Below, one piece after another: positions 1-9,748 of a stretch of DNA of 64,000 nucleotides; position 1 is the first letter of the stretch; every line of letters starts with the position of its first letter. This stretch comes from an uncultured Collinsella sp. (lineage in GTDB: Bacteria; Actinomycetota; Coriobacteriia; Coriobacteriales; Coriobacteriaceae), in NCBI GenBank assembly GCA_900554325.1, contig USHA01000001.1, positions 5,300-69,299 of the forward strand. The letters run 5' to 3'. A model generated the notes under the pieces. That model saw only the letters and a program-made list of their open reading frames with translations. It did no database searches and had not been told where the DNA came from. A program made the translations under genes and the position numbers.

Positions 1-46
1 CCAAAACCTGGGAGATGACGTCCTTAACCTGTTCCTGAGTAGTCAT
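1..46 (-). CDS. N-terminus of a gene running off the window (MTTQEQVKDVISQVL...), divergent from GntR
   Basis: ATG at 46 with GAAAGG RBS upstream; product not identifiable from 15 codons. Confidence 0.6.
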   Translation of the reverse strand, partial: MTTQEQVKDVISQVL

Positions 47-84
47 CGTGCATCAGCCTTTCTTCTCGTTTGATGCTCTCGATG

Positions 85-239
85 GCATACAAGTTACATA
101 CATGTTTTGGTTATGTCGACTAGTTGTATGCTATATTTATCTTAGAATTTTTGCTGATGCGGTTTTTGATAATTGGCTACCAGCTGTTTTGTTGTCGTAT
201 TGAATACATGCTTGCTTAGATAAGCATACAAGTTAGATA
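85..239. promoter_or_regulatory. Probable GntR operator repeats
   Basis: GCATACAAGTTACATA (85-100), GCATACAAGTTAGATA (224-239) and inverted TAGTTGTATGC (121-131) in the divergent intergenic region. Confidence 0.6.
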
Positions 240-251
240 TAGGCTGATCGC

Positions 252-974
252 ATGAACGCTTCATCTAAAAAGAAACTGAGCCAATACGAGCGCTTGGCGG
301 GTACGCTTCGCGACCGCATCGCCGCCGGCATCTACGCACGCGGAGACAAGCTGCCGTCCGAGATGGAGCTCATGGACGAATCGGGGCTGTCGCGCAGCAC
401 CGTACGCCATGCCCTTAAGGTGCTCGTTGATGAGGGTCTGGTTCGAACCGAGCGCGGGCGCGGCGCCTTTGTGGCCGACACGCCGGCGCTCCACGAGAAC
501 AACCTGGTGTTTTCGAGCTATACGGCGCAGGTCCAGGGTCAGGGCATGAAGCCCACCACGCGCACGGTGGACTCGGGCTTTACCAAGGCGGGCGGCAGTA
601 TAGCTAAGTTCTTTGATGCGGCCGTGGGCAGCAAGCTCGTCAAACTTGTCCGTCTGCGCTATCTGGACGATGCGCCGCTGTGCCTGGAGACTACCTATCT
701 ACCACCGAGCTTTGAAGCACTCATCGATCGCGATATCAATGGTTCGCTCTACGCGACGCTGCGCCAGGAATTCCATCGCGCGCCGGCACAGGGGCACAAG
801 ACCTTTGAGGTGTGCTATGCCTCGCAAAACGAGGCGTTTTTGCTCAACGTTGAGCGCGGGCAGGCGCTGATCCTAATCACCGACTACGTCTACGACACCG
901 ACGGCCGCCCGCTCCATGTCTCCAAGCGCATCCAGCGCACCGACCGTGCCAAATACACCGAGCCCATCGGCTAA
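252..974 (+). CDS. GntR family transcriptional regulator (HutC/UTRA type)
   Basis: N-terminal wHTH (KLPSEMEL...SRSTVRHAL...GRGAFV), C-terminal UTRA-like domain. Confidence 0.92.
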   Translation: MNASSKKKLSQYERLAGTLRDRIAAGIYARGDKLPSEMELMDESGLSRSTVRHALKVLVDEGLVRTERGRGAFVADTPALHENNLVFSSYTAQVQGQGMKPTTRTVDSGFTKAGGSIAKFFDAAVGSKLVKLVRLRYLDDAPLCLETTYLPPSFEALIDRDINGSLYATLRQEFHRAPAQGHKTFEVCYASQNEAFLLNVERGQALILITDYVYDTDGRPLHVSKRIQRTDRAKYTEPIG

Positions 975-981
975 CCTGCCA

Positions 982-1020
982 AAACCACCACAAAGGGGAC
1001 AGGCACCTTCGTGGTGGTTT
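982..1020. terminator. Hairpin between convergent genes
   Basis: AAACCACCAC (982-991) / GTGGTGGTTT (1011-1020) inverted repeat. Confidence 0.55.
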
Positions 1021-1625
1021 TAGGCGAGGAGGTCGGGGAACCAGGTTGGCTTAGGTTGGTTAGGGACGCGCTCGGCTAGGACCAACTCCATCCAGCACAT
1101 GTCGTACCAGCGGCCGAACTTTTGGGCGCAGCGGTCAAAGGCACCCACCAGGCGATACCCCATATGGGCATGGAAATCCTGACTGTTGTGCGTCAGGTAC
1201 TCGTCGTCCTTGTCGTGCGGCACGGCGATGAGCGCGCACATGTTGGTAATGCCCATCGCAATCAGACATTGCTTGAGCGCGTCGTGCAGCTTACGACCCA
1301 GCCCGCCATGGCGCACATCGCGCGCCAGGTAGATCGACGTCTCGACCGACCAGTCGTATGCCTCGCGGCTGTTAAGCGGACTCACATAGGCATAGCCTAC
1401 CGGACGCCCGTCCAGCTCCATCACCAGATACGGATAGCGCTTGAGCGTACGCTCAATACGCCCGGCGAACTCCTCAACGCTCGGTACCTCGTATTCGCAG
1501 GTAATCGCCGTCTGGCGCACATACGGCTCATAGATGGCAAGCAACGCCGGCGCATCATCGGGCGTCGCCAGGCGAATCGTCGGCTCGGACATCTCGGTCA
1601 TACAACCCTTCCCCCTCAAAAACAA
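1020..1625 (-). CDS. GNAT N-acetyltransferase (phosphinothricin acetyltransferase/YncA-like); true start probably a few codons downstream
   Basis: IRLATPDDAPALLAIY, VETSIY, GGLGRKL, KFGRWYD motifs. Confidence 0.88.
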   Translation of the reverse strand: MFLRGKGCMTEMSEPTIRLATPDDAPALLAIYEPYVRQTAITCEYEVPSVEEFAGRIERTLKRYPYLVMELDGRPVGYAYVSPLNSREAYDWSVETSIYLARDVRHGGLGRKLHDALKQCLIAMGITNMCALIAVPHDKDDEYLTHNSQDFHAHMGYRLVGAFDRCAQKFGRWYDMCWMELVLAERVPNQPKPTWFPDLLA

Positions 1626-1678
1626 AGACCGCCTTGCGCCAAACCCAGCGCAAGGCGGCCCCTCGTCATTACATCAGG

Positions 1679-2704
1679 CTACAGGACAGCCGCCAACGCG
1701 TCGATATCCTCCTGCGTCGTGGCCCAGCTGGTGCAAAAGCGCACCACCGTGTGGGTCTCGTCGTACTTTTCCCAGTACTCGATCGCCGCATGCTCGCGAA
1801 TGCGCGCCATGTCCTCGTTGGGCAGAATCACAAACTGCTGGTTTGTGGGCGTCTCCAAAAAGAACTGGTAGCCGCGCTCGTGCAGCACACGACGCAGCGC
1901 CTGAGCCGTCTCGATCGCCTGTCGACCAATCTCAAAATACAGGCCATCGGTAAAGAGTGCCTCAAACTGCACGCCCGTCAGGCGGCCCTTGGCCAACAGC
2001 GCGCCGTGCTGCTTAATGCGCGGAATGGGATGTGCCGGAGCGTGCATGCCGCAAAACACCACAGCCTCGCCGCAGAGCGCGCCGCACTTGGTACCGCCGA
2101 TGTAGAACACGTCGCACAGCTGCGCCAGCTCGGGCAGGGTAATGTCGCACTCATCGGCCGCCAGCGCATAGGCCAGGCGAGCACCGTCCACAAACAGCGG
2201 AATCTCGCGCTTCTGGCATACCGCATGAATCGCCGCAAGCTCGGCCTTGGAGTACAGCGTGCCGTACTCGGTCGATAGGCTCACGTACACGGCGCCCGGG
2301 AACACCGTATGCTCGTAGCTCTCGTTTTCGTAGAACACCTGGATATAGTTCTCGAGGTCCTCGGCGTGCATCTTGCCCTCGTAGCCGGGGATGGTGAGTA
2401 CCTTGTGGCCGCCAAACTCGATGGCGCCCGCCTCGTGGCAGGCGACGTGGCCAGTCTCGGCAGCAACGACGCCCTCGTACGGCGCGAGCAGCATGTCGAT
2501 CACCGTCGCGTTGGCCTGCGTGCCGCCCACCAGAAAAAACACGTCGGCATCGGGGGCCTGGCAGGCCTCGCGAATAAGTTGCTTGGCACGCTCGGTATGC
2601 GCATCGGTACCGTAGCCGGGCTGCGGCTCCATGTTGGTATCGACGAGCGCCTGCAGCACCGCTGGGTGTGCGCCGTGGGAATAGTCGTTGTTGAACGCGA
2701 GCAT
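1679..2704 (-). CDS. Low-specificity L-threonine aldolase (PLP)
   Basis: FNNDY, GGTQAN, DGARL, GGTKCG motifs. Confidence 0.9.
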   Translation of the reverse strand: MLAFNNDYSHGAHPAVLQALVDTNMEPQPGYGTDAHTERAKQLIREACQAPDADVFFLVGGTQANATVIDMLLAPYEGVVAAETGHVACHEAGAIEFGGHKVLTIPGYEGKMHAEDLENYIQVFYENESYEHTVFPGAVYVSLSTEYGTLYSKAELAAIHAVCQKREIPLFVDGARLAYALAADECDITLPELAQLCDVFYIGGTKCGALCGEAVVFCGMHAPAHPIPRIKQHGALLAKGRLTGVQFEALFTDGLYFEIGRQAIETAQALRRVLHERGYQFFLETPTNQQFVILPNEDMARIREHAAIEYWEKYDETHTVVRFCTSWATTQEDIDALAAVL

Positions 2705-2749
2705 GGCAATCCTCTCTTACCGGGTATCGGCCAGATGATTCAAACGGAA

Positions 2750-3613
2750 CTATTGTACGCCGTTGGGATAGGCAATGCGCGCGGCAAGGCACTCAAGCGC
2801 CAGCACCAGGGCAAAGCCGCAGCTCACGTCACTCAAAAAATGCGCACCTATCACGATGCGCCCAAAGGCGACGAGCGCCGCGATCACAGCCGCCGCCCAA
2901 AAAATCACGCGGCGACGCGACGGTTTTTCCTTAAAGGCTGCCGCGGGAAGCCCGGCGAGCATAAGGCCGATCGCCGCATGCGCCGTGTGTCCGCTCGCAA
3001 ACGACTTGAACCCGTCCTTGATCACGCCGGCGGCGATATAGGTCCACTTGTCGGGATTGCCGATCACCCACCACGGCTGAAAATTGAGCCCCGGCGTGAC
3101 CTCGATCACGCGCATGCGCGGGCGCGACCACAGTGGCTTGACGATCACGTTGAGGATGATGGCCTGAGCGATCCACACGGCAAGCACCATCAACGCCCAG
3201 CGCGTGAGTTCGTCGGGCTCGGTCGTGCGCGTGAGGCGATAGACGATAAGGTTGGCAGCGATGACCAGCACAAACGTCAGCACCAACTGAGCCGCAATGA
3301 GTTTACCGCCAACCCTCAGGGACGAAACGATCTCGTAGCCGGTCAGGCCAACGTTGACGAGGATGCCGAGCGCGGCAAGCCATTTGCTGCCCCTGGAGTC
3401 GGGACGCACCGCGCGCACGAGCATAACGCCCGCGATGCTCGCCGTCAGCTCAAACGGCAACTCGCCAGCGGCCTCGATAAAGCGGCCGTACATGCTGCCG
3501 ATGTTGAACAGCGCGCTCGAGATCTGATAATCGAAGAAACTGCCCACGCCCAGACAAAGACACAGGACAACCGCGATAGCGGCGGCGTCTTTCTTGTAGA
3601 TGTACCCGAACAT
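2750..3613 (-). CDS. PAP2 family membrane phosphatase
   Basis: KPLWSRPR, SFASGH, GRIVIGAHFLSDV motifs; several TM segments. Confidence 0.88.
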   Translation of the reverse strand: MFGYIYKKDAAAIAVVLCLCLGVGSFFDYQISSALFNIGSMYGRFIEAAGELPFELTASIAGVMLVRAVRPDSRGSKWLAALGILVNVGLTGYEIVSSLRVGGKLIAAQLVLTFVLVIAANLIVYRLTRTTEPDELTRWALMVLAVWIAQAIILNVIVKPLWSRPRMRVIEVTPGLNFQPWWVIGNPDKWTYIAAGVIKDGFKSFASGHTAHAAIGLMLAGLPAAAFKEKPSRRRVIFWAAAVIAALVAFGRIVIGAHFLSDVSCGFALVLALECLAARIAYPNGVQ

Positions 3614-3700
3614 GCTTTCCTTTCGATGGGGCTGGAATCAACCTGCGAGGTGGCGGGCAAAGAACAACTGGTAGCTCTGCCCCGCCACGCCCCCTACTTG

Positions 3701-6700
3701 TTAGTCATCGTCGCTCGCGCCTAATTGCTGCAGCAGCATGAGTGCCGCGGCCACGGGGCCGGTGCCGTCGTTGGCGTCGAGACCGCGACCCAGGCCGCTG
3801 CCCGCGCCGGCGCCCGCCTTGTAGGGCACCGACAACTTGCGGCTCTTGGGGAAGTTCACCGCGCCATAGCGGGTCTTAAGCTCAAAGGCCACCTTCTTGG
3901 GCACGTCGACGCCCAAAAACGTGATGCGACCGCCGCTGAGCGTGACGCTCTCGAGCCCCAGGCGCTCGCCGCGAATGCGGATGCGCGCGCGATTGAACAG
4001 GTTGAGTCCCGCCAACGGCAGCTCACCATGCGCGGCCTCGGTCTCTTCCTGCACCTCGTCAATGCTCTCCAGGTCCTCGGCCGCTGCGAGCTTACGGTAC
4101 ACGAGCACGCGCTGGTCCACCGCCGGCAGGTACTCCTCGGACAAGAAGTAGTCGGCCGGCAGGTTAATACCCACGCTCGCCGCCTCCACGCCGGCGTCGT
4201 CATCGCCGCGCGCCTCGGCCACGGCCTGGCCCAGCATCTGCGTAAACAGATCAAAGCCCACGCTCGACAGGTTGCCGTGCTGCTCGGCTCCCATAAGCGA
4301 ACCGGCGCCACGGATCTCTAGGTCGCGCATGGCGATGCGCATGCCGCTGCCCAGGTCCTGGAACTCGGAAAGTGCGGTCAGGCGCGCCGTTGCCTCCTCG
4401 GTGAGCGGCAGCTCGCCGGGGAACATAAAGTACGCGTAGGCCTGCGTGGCAGAGCGGCCCACACGGCCCTTGAGCTGGTAGAGCTGCGCCAGGCCCAACC
4501 GCTGCGAGTCCTCGATGATCAGCGTGTTGGCGCTCGCGTTGTCGATGCCGCTCTCCACGATGGTGGTGGCGATGAGCACGTCGATCTTCTTGGTGGCGAA
4601 CTGCACCATCACGTCCTCGACCTCGCGCGGGCTCATCTTGCCGTGCGCCACGCCGATGCGCGCCTCGGGCGCGGCCTCCAGCACGCGCTCAACGGCGTCG
4701 TCGATGGTCTTCACGCGGTTGGACACGTAGTAGACCTGGCCGCCGCGGCCGATCTCCAAACGAATGGCCGCGCTCACCACATCGGGGTCGTACTCGCCCA
4801 CGTGCACCGCCACGGGGCGACGGCCGGTGGGCGGCGTGGTGATGAGGCTCATATCGCGCACGCCGCTCATGGCCATCTGCATCGTGCGCGGGATGGGCGT
4901 CGCGGAGAGCGTGAGCACGTCGATCTGCTCGCGCATGTTCTTGAGCTGCTCCTTGTGCTGCACGCCGAAACGCTGCTCCTCGTCGATGATCACCAGGCCG
5001 AGCTCATGCGGGTTGACGTCGGCGGAGAGCAGGCGGTGGGTGCCGATGAGCACGTCGACGCGCCCCTCGGCGAAGGCCGCGAGCGCGCGGCGCTGCTGCG
5101 CGGGGGTACGGAAGCGCGATAGGACCTCGACCTCCACGCCGAACGGCGCGAAGCGCTCGAAGAACGTCTCGTAATGCTGCTGCGCCAAGATGGTCGTGGG
5201 GCACAGCACCATGACCTGGCGGCCGCCGTCCACGCACTTGAACGCCGCGCGCAGGGCAACCTCGGTCTTGCCGAAGCCCACGTCGCCGCAGAGCAGGCGG
5301 TCCATGGGCTTGGTCGATTCCATGTCCGCCTTGATGTCGGCGATGGCGTCGAGCTGGTCGCGCGTCTCGTCGTAGGGGAAGCTCTCCTCCATCTCGACCT
5401 GGGTCGCGCTGTCGGGTCCGAAGGCGAAGCCCGTGATCGAGCTGCGACGCGTGTACAGGTCGACGAGGTCGAAGGCGAGCTTCTTGGCGCTCTTGCGCGC
5501 CTTGGTGGTGGCGCGGCTCCAGTCGGCCGTATTGAGGCGCGTGAGGCGAGGGTTGTCGCCGTCGGGGCCGACGTAGCGCGTGATGCGGTCGACCTGCTCG
5601 AGCGGGACGTAGAGCTTGTCGCCCCCCGCGTATTCCAGCAGGAAGTAGTCGCGCTCCTTGCCGGCGACCTCCTGGCGGACGATCTCGGAGAACAGGGCAA
5701 CGCCGTGCGTGCTGTGAACCACGTAGTCACCCGGCTTGAAGGGGAAGGTGACCTCGGTGATGTCCACGCGCCGGTGCGCGCGCCCGCGCTTGCCGTCCAT
5801 GCGCGCGTTGAGGTCGGCGAGGCTGAAGACGGCGAGATGCGCCGCGGGGACCACGACTCCGGACGGGATGGGGGCGTCGACGAAGGTCATCCTGCCGCGC
5901 GTCAACGTGGGGACGACGCGCTCCCCGCCCTCATCGATGCCGCGCGCATTGAGCGCATCCACGTCGCGCTTGAGGAGCTCGACGCGAACGCGCGCCCCGC
6001 CCACGGCGCCGGCGTTCTCGGGCGCCGCCTGGAGGGACTCCTCGAACGGGATGTTCTCATCGGTGAAGGAGAGCTCCATCGACTCGCGCGCGCCGCGGTC
6101 GGGAATCGCGAACACGCAGGCGAAGCGGTTGTTGACAACCTCCTGGATCCGGCTCATGAAGCGGTTGTCCGAACCCGCGAGGGCCGGCTGCTCGATCTTG
6201 AGCTCCGCCGTCACCGATCCGCCCGCACGGATGAGGCTTACGTAGTTGAGGCGCTGCTGACGCCCAAAGTCAAGCTCTTGAGGCCGCACGTAGAGCCCGT
6301 CGAGGCGCGCGATCTTCGCGTCGGCCGCGCGATGCTCGAGGTCCTCGTACGCGCGCGAGCAGTCATCGAACAGCGAGCGCGGTTCGGACAAGATGACCAG
6401 TGCATCGGGATGCACGTGCGCGAGAGGGCTCACGGTCTCGCCGTAAAGCAGGGGCAAAAAGCGCTCGAGCTCGGGCGTGACAACGCGCGCCTCGACCAGC
6501 TCGAGCAGGGCTGCCAGCTCGGTGTCGTCCTGGGCGGGCAGGTACAGCGCGGCGGAGATCCGCCTCACCGCCTCATCGGTGAGGGCAAGCTCGCGCACGG
6601 GGCTGATCTCGACCGAATCCTCGTCGCCGATCGTCTGACCGGTCGATGCCACCATCAGGCGGATGCGGTCGATCTCGTCGCCGAAGAACTCGATGCGCAC

Positions 6701-7273
6701 CGGCGCGGTCGCTTGGGCCGCCCAGATGTCAACGGCATCGCCCAGCACACGGAACAGGCCCGGGGCATCCGCCGCGTCCGCACGGGTGTAGCCCATCGAG
6801 ACGAGTTGCCCGGGAACCTCCTCAAAGGCAACTTCCTCTCCCACGGAATACGTGCGGGACGCCCAGTACCGGCTCTCGAGCGGCGGGACGCATCGCAGGA
6901 GCGAGCGGGCGGATGCGACCATGATGCAGGCGTCGCCGCGCGCGATCCTCGCGAGCGCGGCGCAACGGGCGGCGACCACGGCGTCATCGGGCTCGGCGTT
7001 CTTCCACGGATAATCCTTGCGTTCGGGGAAGCGCACAACACGATCCGCACCCACATACGCCGCAATGGAGCGCGCAGCGCGGTCGGCCGCGTCCTCACCC
7101 GAGACGATGTACACCGTGGGGCGAGGCCGGCGGGCGAACTGGGCCGCCACCGCGAGGGTGCGGCCCGACTGGGAGATCGCGAGCGTGGCGTCCTCTCCCG
7201 CCATGAGCGCCGCGTCGATGTCCTGAAGCGCCTCGGCGGTATAGAGCTGCGCGGCGATACGGTGAATGAGCAT
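3701..7273 (-). CDS. mfd: Transcription-repair coupling factor
   Basis: CarD/RID domain, GDVGFGKTEVA, DEEQRFGV, QLKGRVGRS, TRCF tail; start chosen at MLIHR after a GGAAAGG RBS. Confidence 0.96.
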   Translation of the reverse strand: MLIHRIAAQLYTAEALQDIDAALMAGEDATLAISQSGRTLAVAAQFARRPRPTVYIVSGEDAADRAARSIAAYVGADRVVRFPERKDYPWKNAEPDDAVVAARCAALARIARGDACIMVASARSLLRCVPPLESRYWASRTYSVGEEVAFEEVPGQLVSMGYTRADAADAPGLFRVLGDAVDIWAAQATAPVRIEFFGDEIDRIRLMVASTGQTIGDEDSVEISPVRELALTDEAVRRISAALYLPAQDDTELAALLELVEARVVTPELERFLPLLYGETVSPLAHVHPDALVILSEPRSLFDDCSRAYEDLEHRAADAKIARLDGLYVRPQELDFGRQQRLNYVSLIRAGGSVTAELKIEQPALAGSDNRFMSRIQEVVNNRFACVFAIPDRGARESMELSFTDENIPFEESLQAAPENAGAVGGARVRVELLKRDVDALNARGIDEGGERVVPTLTRGRMTFVDAPIPSGVVVPAAHLAVFSLADLNARMDGKRGRAHRRVDITEVTFPFKPGDYVVHSTHGVALFSEIVRQEVAGKERDYFLLEYAGGDKLYVPLEQVDRITRYVGPDGDNPRLTRLNTADWSRATTKARKSAKKLAFDLVDLYTRRSSITGFAFGPDSATQVEMEESFPYDETRDQLDAIADIKADMESTKPMDRLLCGDVGFGKTEVALRAAFKCVDGGRQVMVLCPTTILAQQHYETFFERFAPFGVEVEVLSRFRTPAQQRRALAAFAEGRVDVLIGTHRLLSADVNPHELGLVIIDEEQRFGVQHKEQLKNMREQIDVLTLSATPIPRTMQMAMSGVRDMSLITTPPTGRRPVAVHVGEYDPDVVSAAIRLEIGRGGQVYYVSNRVKTIDDAVERVLEAAPEARIGVAHGKMSPREVEDVMVQFATKKIDVLIATTIVESGIDNASANTLIIEDSQRLGLAQLYQLKGRVGRSATQAYAYFMFPGELPLTEEATARLTALSEFQDLGSGMRIAMRDLEIRGAGSLMGAEQHGNLSSVGFDLFTQMLGQAVAEARGDDDAGVEAASVGINLPADYFLSEEYLPAVDQRVLVYRKLAAAEDLESIDEVQEETEAAHGELPLAGLNLFNRARIRIRGERLGLESVTLSGGRITFLGVDVPKKVAFELKTRYGAVNFPKSRKLSVPYKAGAGAGSGLGRGLDANDGTGPVAAALMLLQQLGASDDD

Positions 7274-7510
7274 GGGGGCACCTTTCCGACGCCAAACACC
7301 CGCCCAAACGCGAGCTTGGGCGGGAGTTCGACGCATTCGTATGTTCAAATCATCCTACCGCAAGATGCCCACCGGTCGAAAAACGATTTGCTGCAGTCCG
7401 AGCTGCCCATCTCGCGCTCATCGATATTGCTGAAAGCCTCTTCCTGCGGTTGTGCCTTTAAGAAGCTCGTCCACCTGAGAATTCGCGCTTGCGCTGCAAC
7501 ATATCGAGTG

Positions 7511-8173
7511 CTACCCCACCTTGGCACTCGGACAGATGTCAGCCAGAGGGCACTCCCCACACAAAGGCTTGCGGGCATCGCAGATCTCGCGACCCAGCAT
7601 GATCCATTGGTGGTTCACGTCGTTCCAGTACTCGCGGGGGAGGATCTTCAAGAGGTCCTGCTCCGTCTTGAGCGGTTCCTTCTCGTGTGTTTTGGGCGAG
7701 AGCTTGAGGCGGTGCGCGATGCGGTTCACGTGCGTGTCGACCGCGATGCCGTCCACGATGCCGTACCCTACGTTGAGCACGATGTTGGCCGTCTTGCGCC
7801 CCACACCCGGGAGCTTCACAAGCTCCTTCATCTCATTCGGGACCACGCCGCCGTAATCCGCCACGATCATCTGGGCGCATTCGATGCAGTGCTTCGCCTT
7901 GGTCTTGTAGAAGCCGAGGGACTTGATGACCTCCGAGAGCTCCTCGTACGTCGCACCCGCCATCGCCTCGGGCGTGGGCCAGCGGCGGAACAGCTCCGGC
8001 GTGACTTTGTTCACCTGGGCATCCGTCGTCTGCGCCGACAGCAAGACAGCGATGACCAGCCTGAACGGGGTCTCATGGTCCAAAAAGCACTCGACCGGCC
8101 CGTATCGCTCGTTCAAACGACGGCACGTCTCGATCGCGCGTTCGCGCTTTGCCGCATTCGTCTCACGTGGCAT
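7511..8173 (-). CDS. nth: Endonuclease III
   Basis: LLSAQTTD, LPGVGRKTAN HhH, VDTHV, C-x6-C-x2-C-x5-C Fe-S motif. Confidence 0.95.
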   Translation of the reverse strand: MPRETNAAKRERAIETCRRLNERYGPVECFLDHETPFRLVIAVLLSAQTTDAQVNKVTPELFRRWPTPEAMAGATYEELSEVIKSLGFYKTKAKHCIECAQMIVADYGGVVPNEMKELVKLPGVGRKTANIVLNVGYGIVDGIAVDTHVNRIAHRLKLSPKTHEKEPLKTEQDLLKILPREYWNDVNHQWIMLGREICDARKPLCGECPLADICPSAKVG

Positions 8174-8208
8174 CCGCCTTGGCTCCTCTCTTTTAAAGAC
8201 GCTGACAC

Positions 8209-9030
8209 CTAGAGATGCTGCGGTCGTTTGAAATGGAACGCGAACACGAGCAACACCGCTCCCGCCACGATGAGCGGCAAACTCAGGAGCTGGCCCATGG
8301 TGAGCCAGCCGCCAAACAGGTACCCAAGCTGCGCATCGGGCAGTCGTACGAATTCGATTAAAAACCGCACGATACCGTAGCCGAGTACGAACGTCCCCAT
8401 AATGGAGCCCTGCGGCGGCGTCTTTTTTCGACGGCTCAGCAGGTAGAGCACGGCAAACAGCACAATGCCCTCGAGACACGCCTCGTAGAGCTGACTCGGA
8501 TGGCGCGGAATGTCGCCGGCAGCCCCGCCGAACACCACACCCCAGGGAAGATCGGTGGGCTTACCCCACAGTTCGCCGTTTACAAAGTTCGCGCACCGCC
8601 CCAAGCACAGCGCCAAGGGCACCCCCACGAACGCCGCATCGGCGATGGTCAGCGGCGACAGCCGCAATACGCGACAGGCAATGAGGCCGCCGATGATGCC
8701 GCCCACAAGCCCGCCGTGAAAACTCATCCCATTGATGCCATGCCCGTTCGACCCAAAGATGATCTCGAGCGGGTGCTCAAAGTAATACCCATTGCTGTAG
8801 AACAGCACGTAGAACAGCCTGCCGCCAATCAACAGGCCAAAGACCACCGAGACCACAAGCGTCATGGCGTCGTCGATGGTAATGGCCATATCCCAGCGCT
8901 TGAGCGTACGGTACATCACCACGCCCGCCAGCAGCGCACCCACCATATAGGCAAGGCCATACCAATACACGGTGAAGGGTCCCGCAGAAAATGCGACGGG
9001 GTCGAGGCTGTGATAGAGCTCGTTGAGCAT
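8209..9030 (-). CDS. lgt: Prolipoprotein diacylglyceryl transferase
   Basis: WYGLAY, SFHGG, GRCANFVNGELWG, HPSQLYE. Confidence 0.95.
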   Translation of the reverse strand: MLNELYHSLDPVAFSAGPFTVYWYGLAYMVGALLAGVVMYRTLKRWDMAITIDDAMTLVVSVVFGLLIGGRLFYVLFYSNGYYFEHPLEIIFGSNGHGINGMSFHGGLVGGIIGGLIACRVLRLSPLTIADAAFVGVPLALCLGRCANFVNGELWGKPTDLPWGVVFGGAAGDIPRHPSQLYEACLEGIVLFAVLYLLSRRKKTPPQGSIMGTFVLGYGIVRFLIEFVRLPDAQLGYLFGGWLTMGQLLSLPLIVAGAVLLVFAFHFKRPQHL

Positions 9031-9090
9031 GAATGGCCACTCCTATGAGATACGCGCCGAGACGCATGCCCGGCGCGCGAACGGAAAAGA

Positions 9091-9124
9091 AAGGGTCCCG
9101 ACGGGCGGCGCCTTCGGGACCCTT
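9091..9124. terminator. GC-rich hairpin downstream of nifU-like gene
   Basis: AAGGGTCCCGA...TCGGGACCCTT inverted repeat. Confidence 0.55.
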
Positions 9125-9133
9125 GTGCAAACC

Positions 9134-9415
9134 CTAGAACGGAGCGTACTCGTCGTACAGGTCGTTGGCCGCATCGGCGCCGCCACCCACCTGCTCAACG
9201 CGAGTCACACCGGGCACGTGCTCCTTGAGGATGCGCTCGATGCCCATCGACAAGGTGAGCGAGCTCATGGGGCAACCTGCGCAGGCGCCCTGCAGCTCAA
9301 GCTGCACCACGCCATCCTCAGTCACGCCCACATATGCCATGTCGCCGCCATCGGCCTGCAAGTTGGGTCGAATCTGCTCGAGCACTTCAAGCAGCAGCTG
9401 TTCGTTCACCGCCAT
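9134..9415 (-). CDS. NifU-like (NfuA C-terminal) Fe-S protein
   Basis: IRPNLQADGGD, GACAGCPMS. Confidence 0.9.
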   Translation of the reverse strand: MAVNEQLLLEVLEQIRPNLQADGGDMAYVGVTEDGVVQLELQGACAGCPMSSLTLSMGIERILKEHVPGVTRVEQVGGGADAANDLYDEYAPF

Positions 9416-9748
9416 GTGCAGTCCCTTCTCCAAACGCAGCTGCACACTCCGCCGCCGCGCGTCATTCGTTGTTCACGGGCATCGCGCCCGCGTGTGGAGA
9501 CACTATACCACGCTCCCCCATGTGCCGTTCCGCACTCAGCCGTAGAGGGTCATCCTCCGCAGATTCGCAGATGCGTCGATGTGCGCCAAACCAGCTCGCC
9601 GCGAACGCCGTCGGCGTCCCCCGTTGCCGTTCCCCGTTCTGCCATCGCCCTCTATGCAAAAGCGGGCGCGCCTCCAGTTGGAGCGTACCCGCCATTGTGG
9701 CACTACAGTATCGCATCGCCACGAGGGCCATACCGGGGGGGGCAGGCG

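Noticed and set aside
5174..8212. 1012-aa + strand ORF and similar long ORFs (e.g. 9023-11170, 25491-27665, 49517-51373)
   Set aside because: Antisense shadows of clearly identifiable genes in high-GC DNA, with no recognisable motifs.
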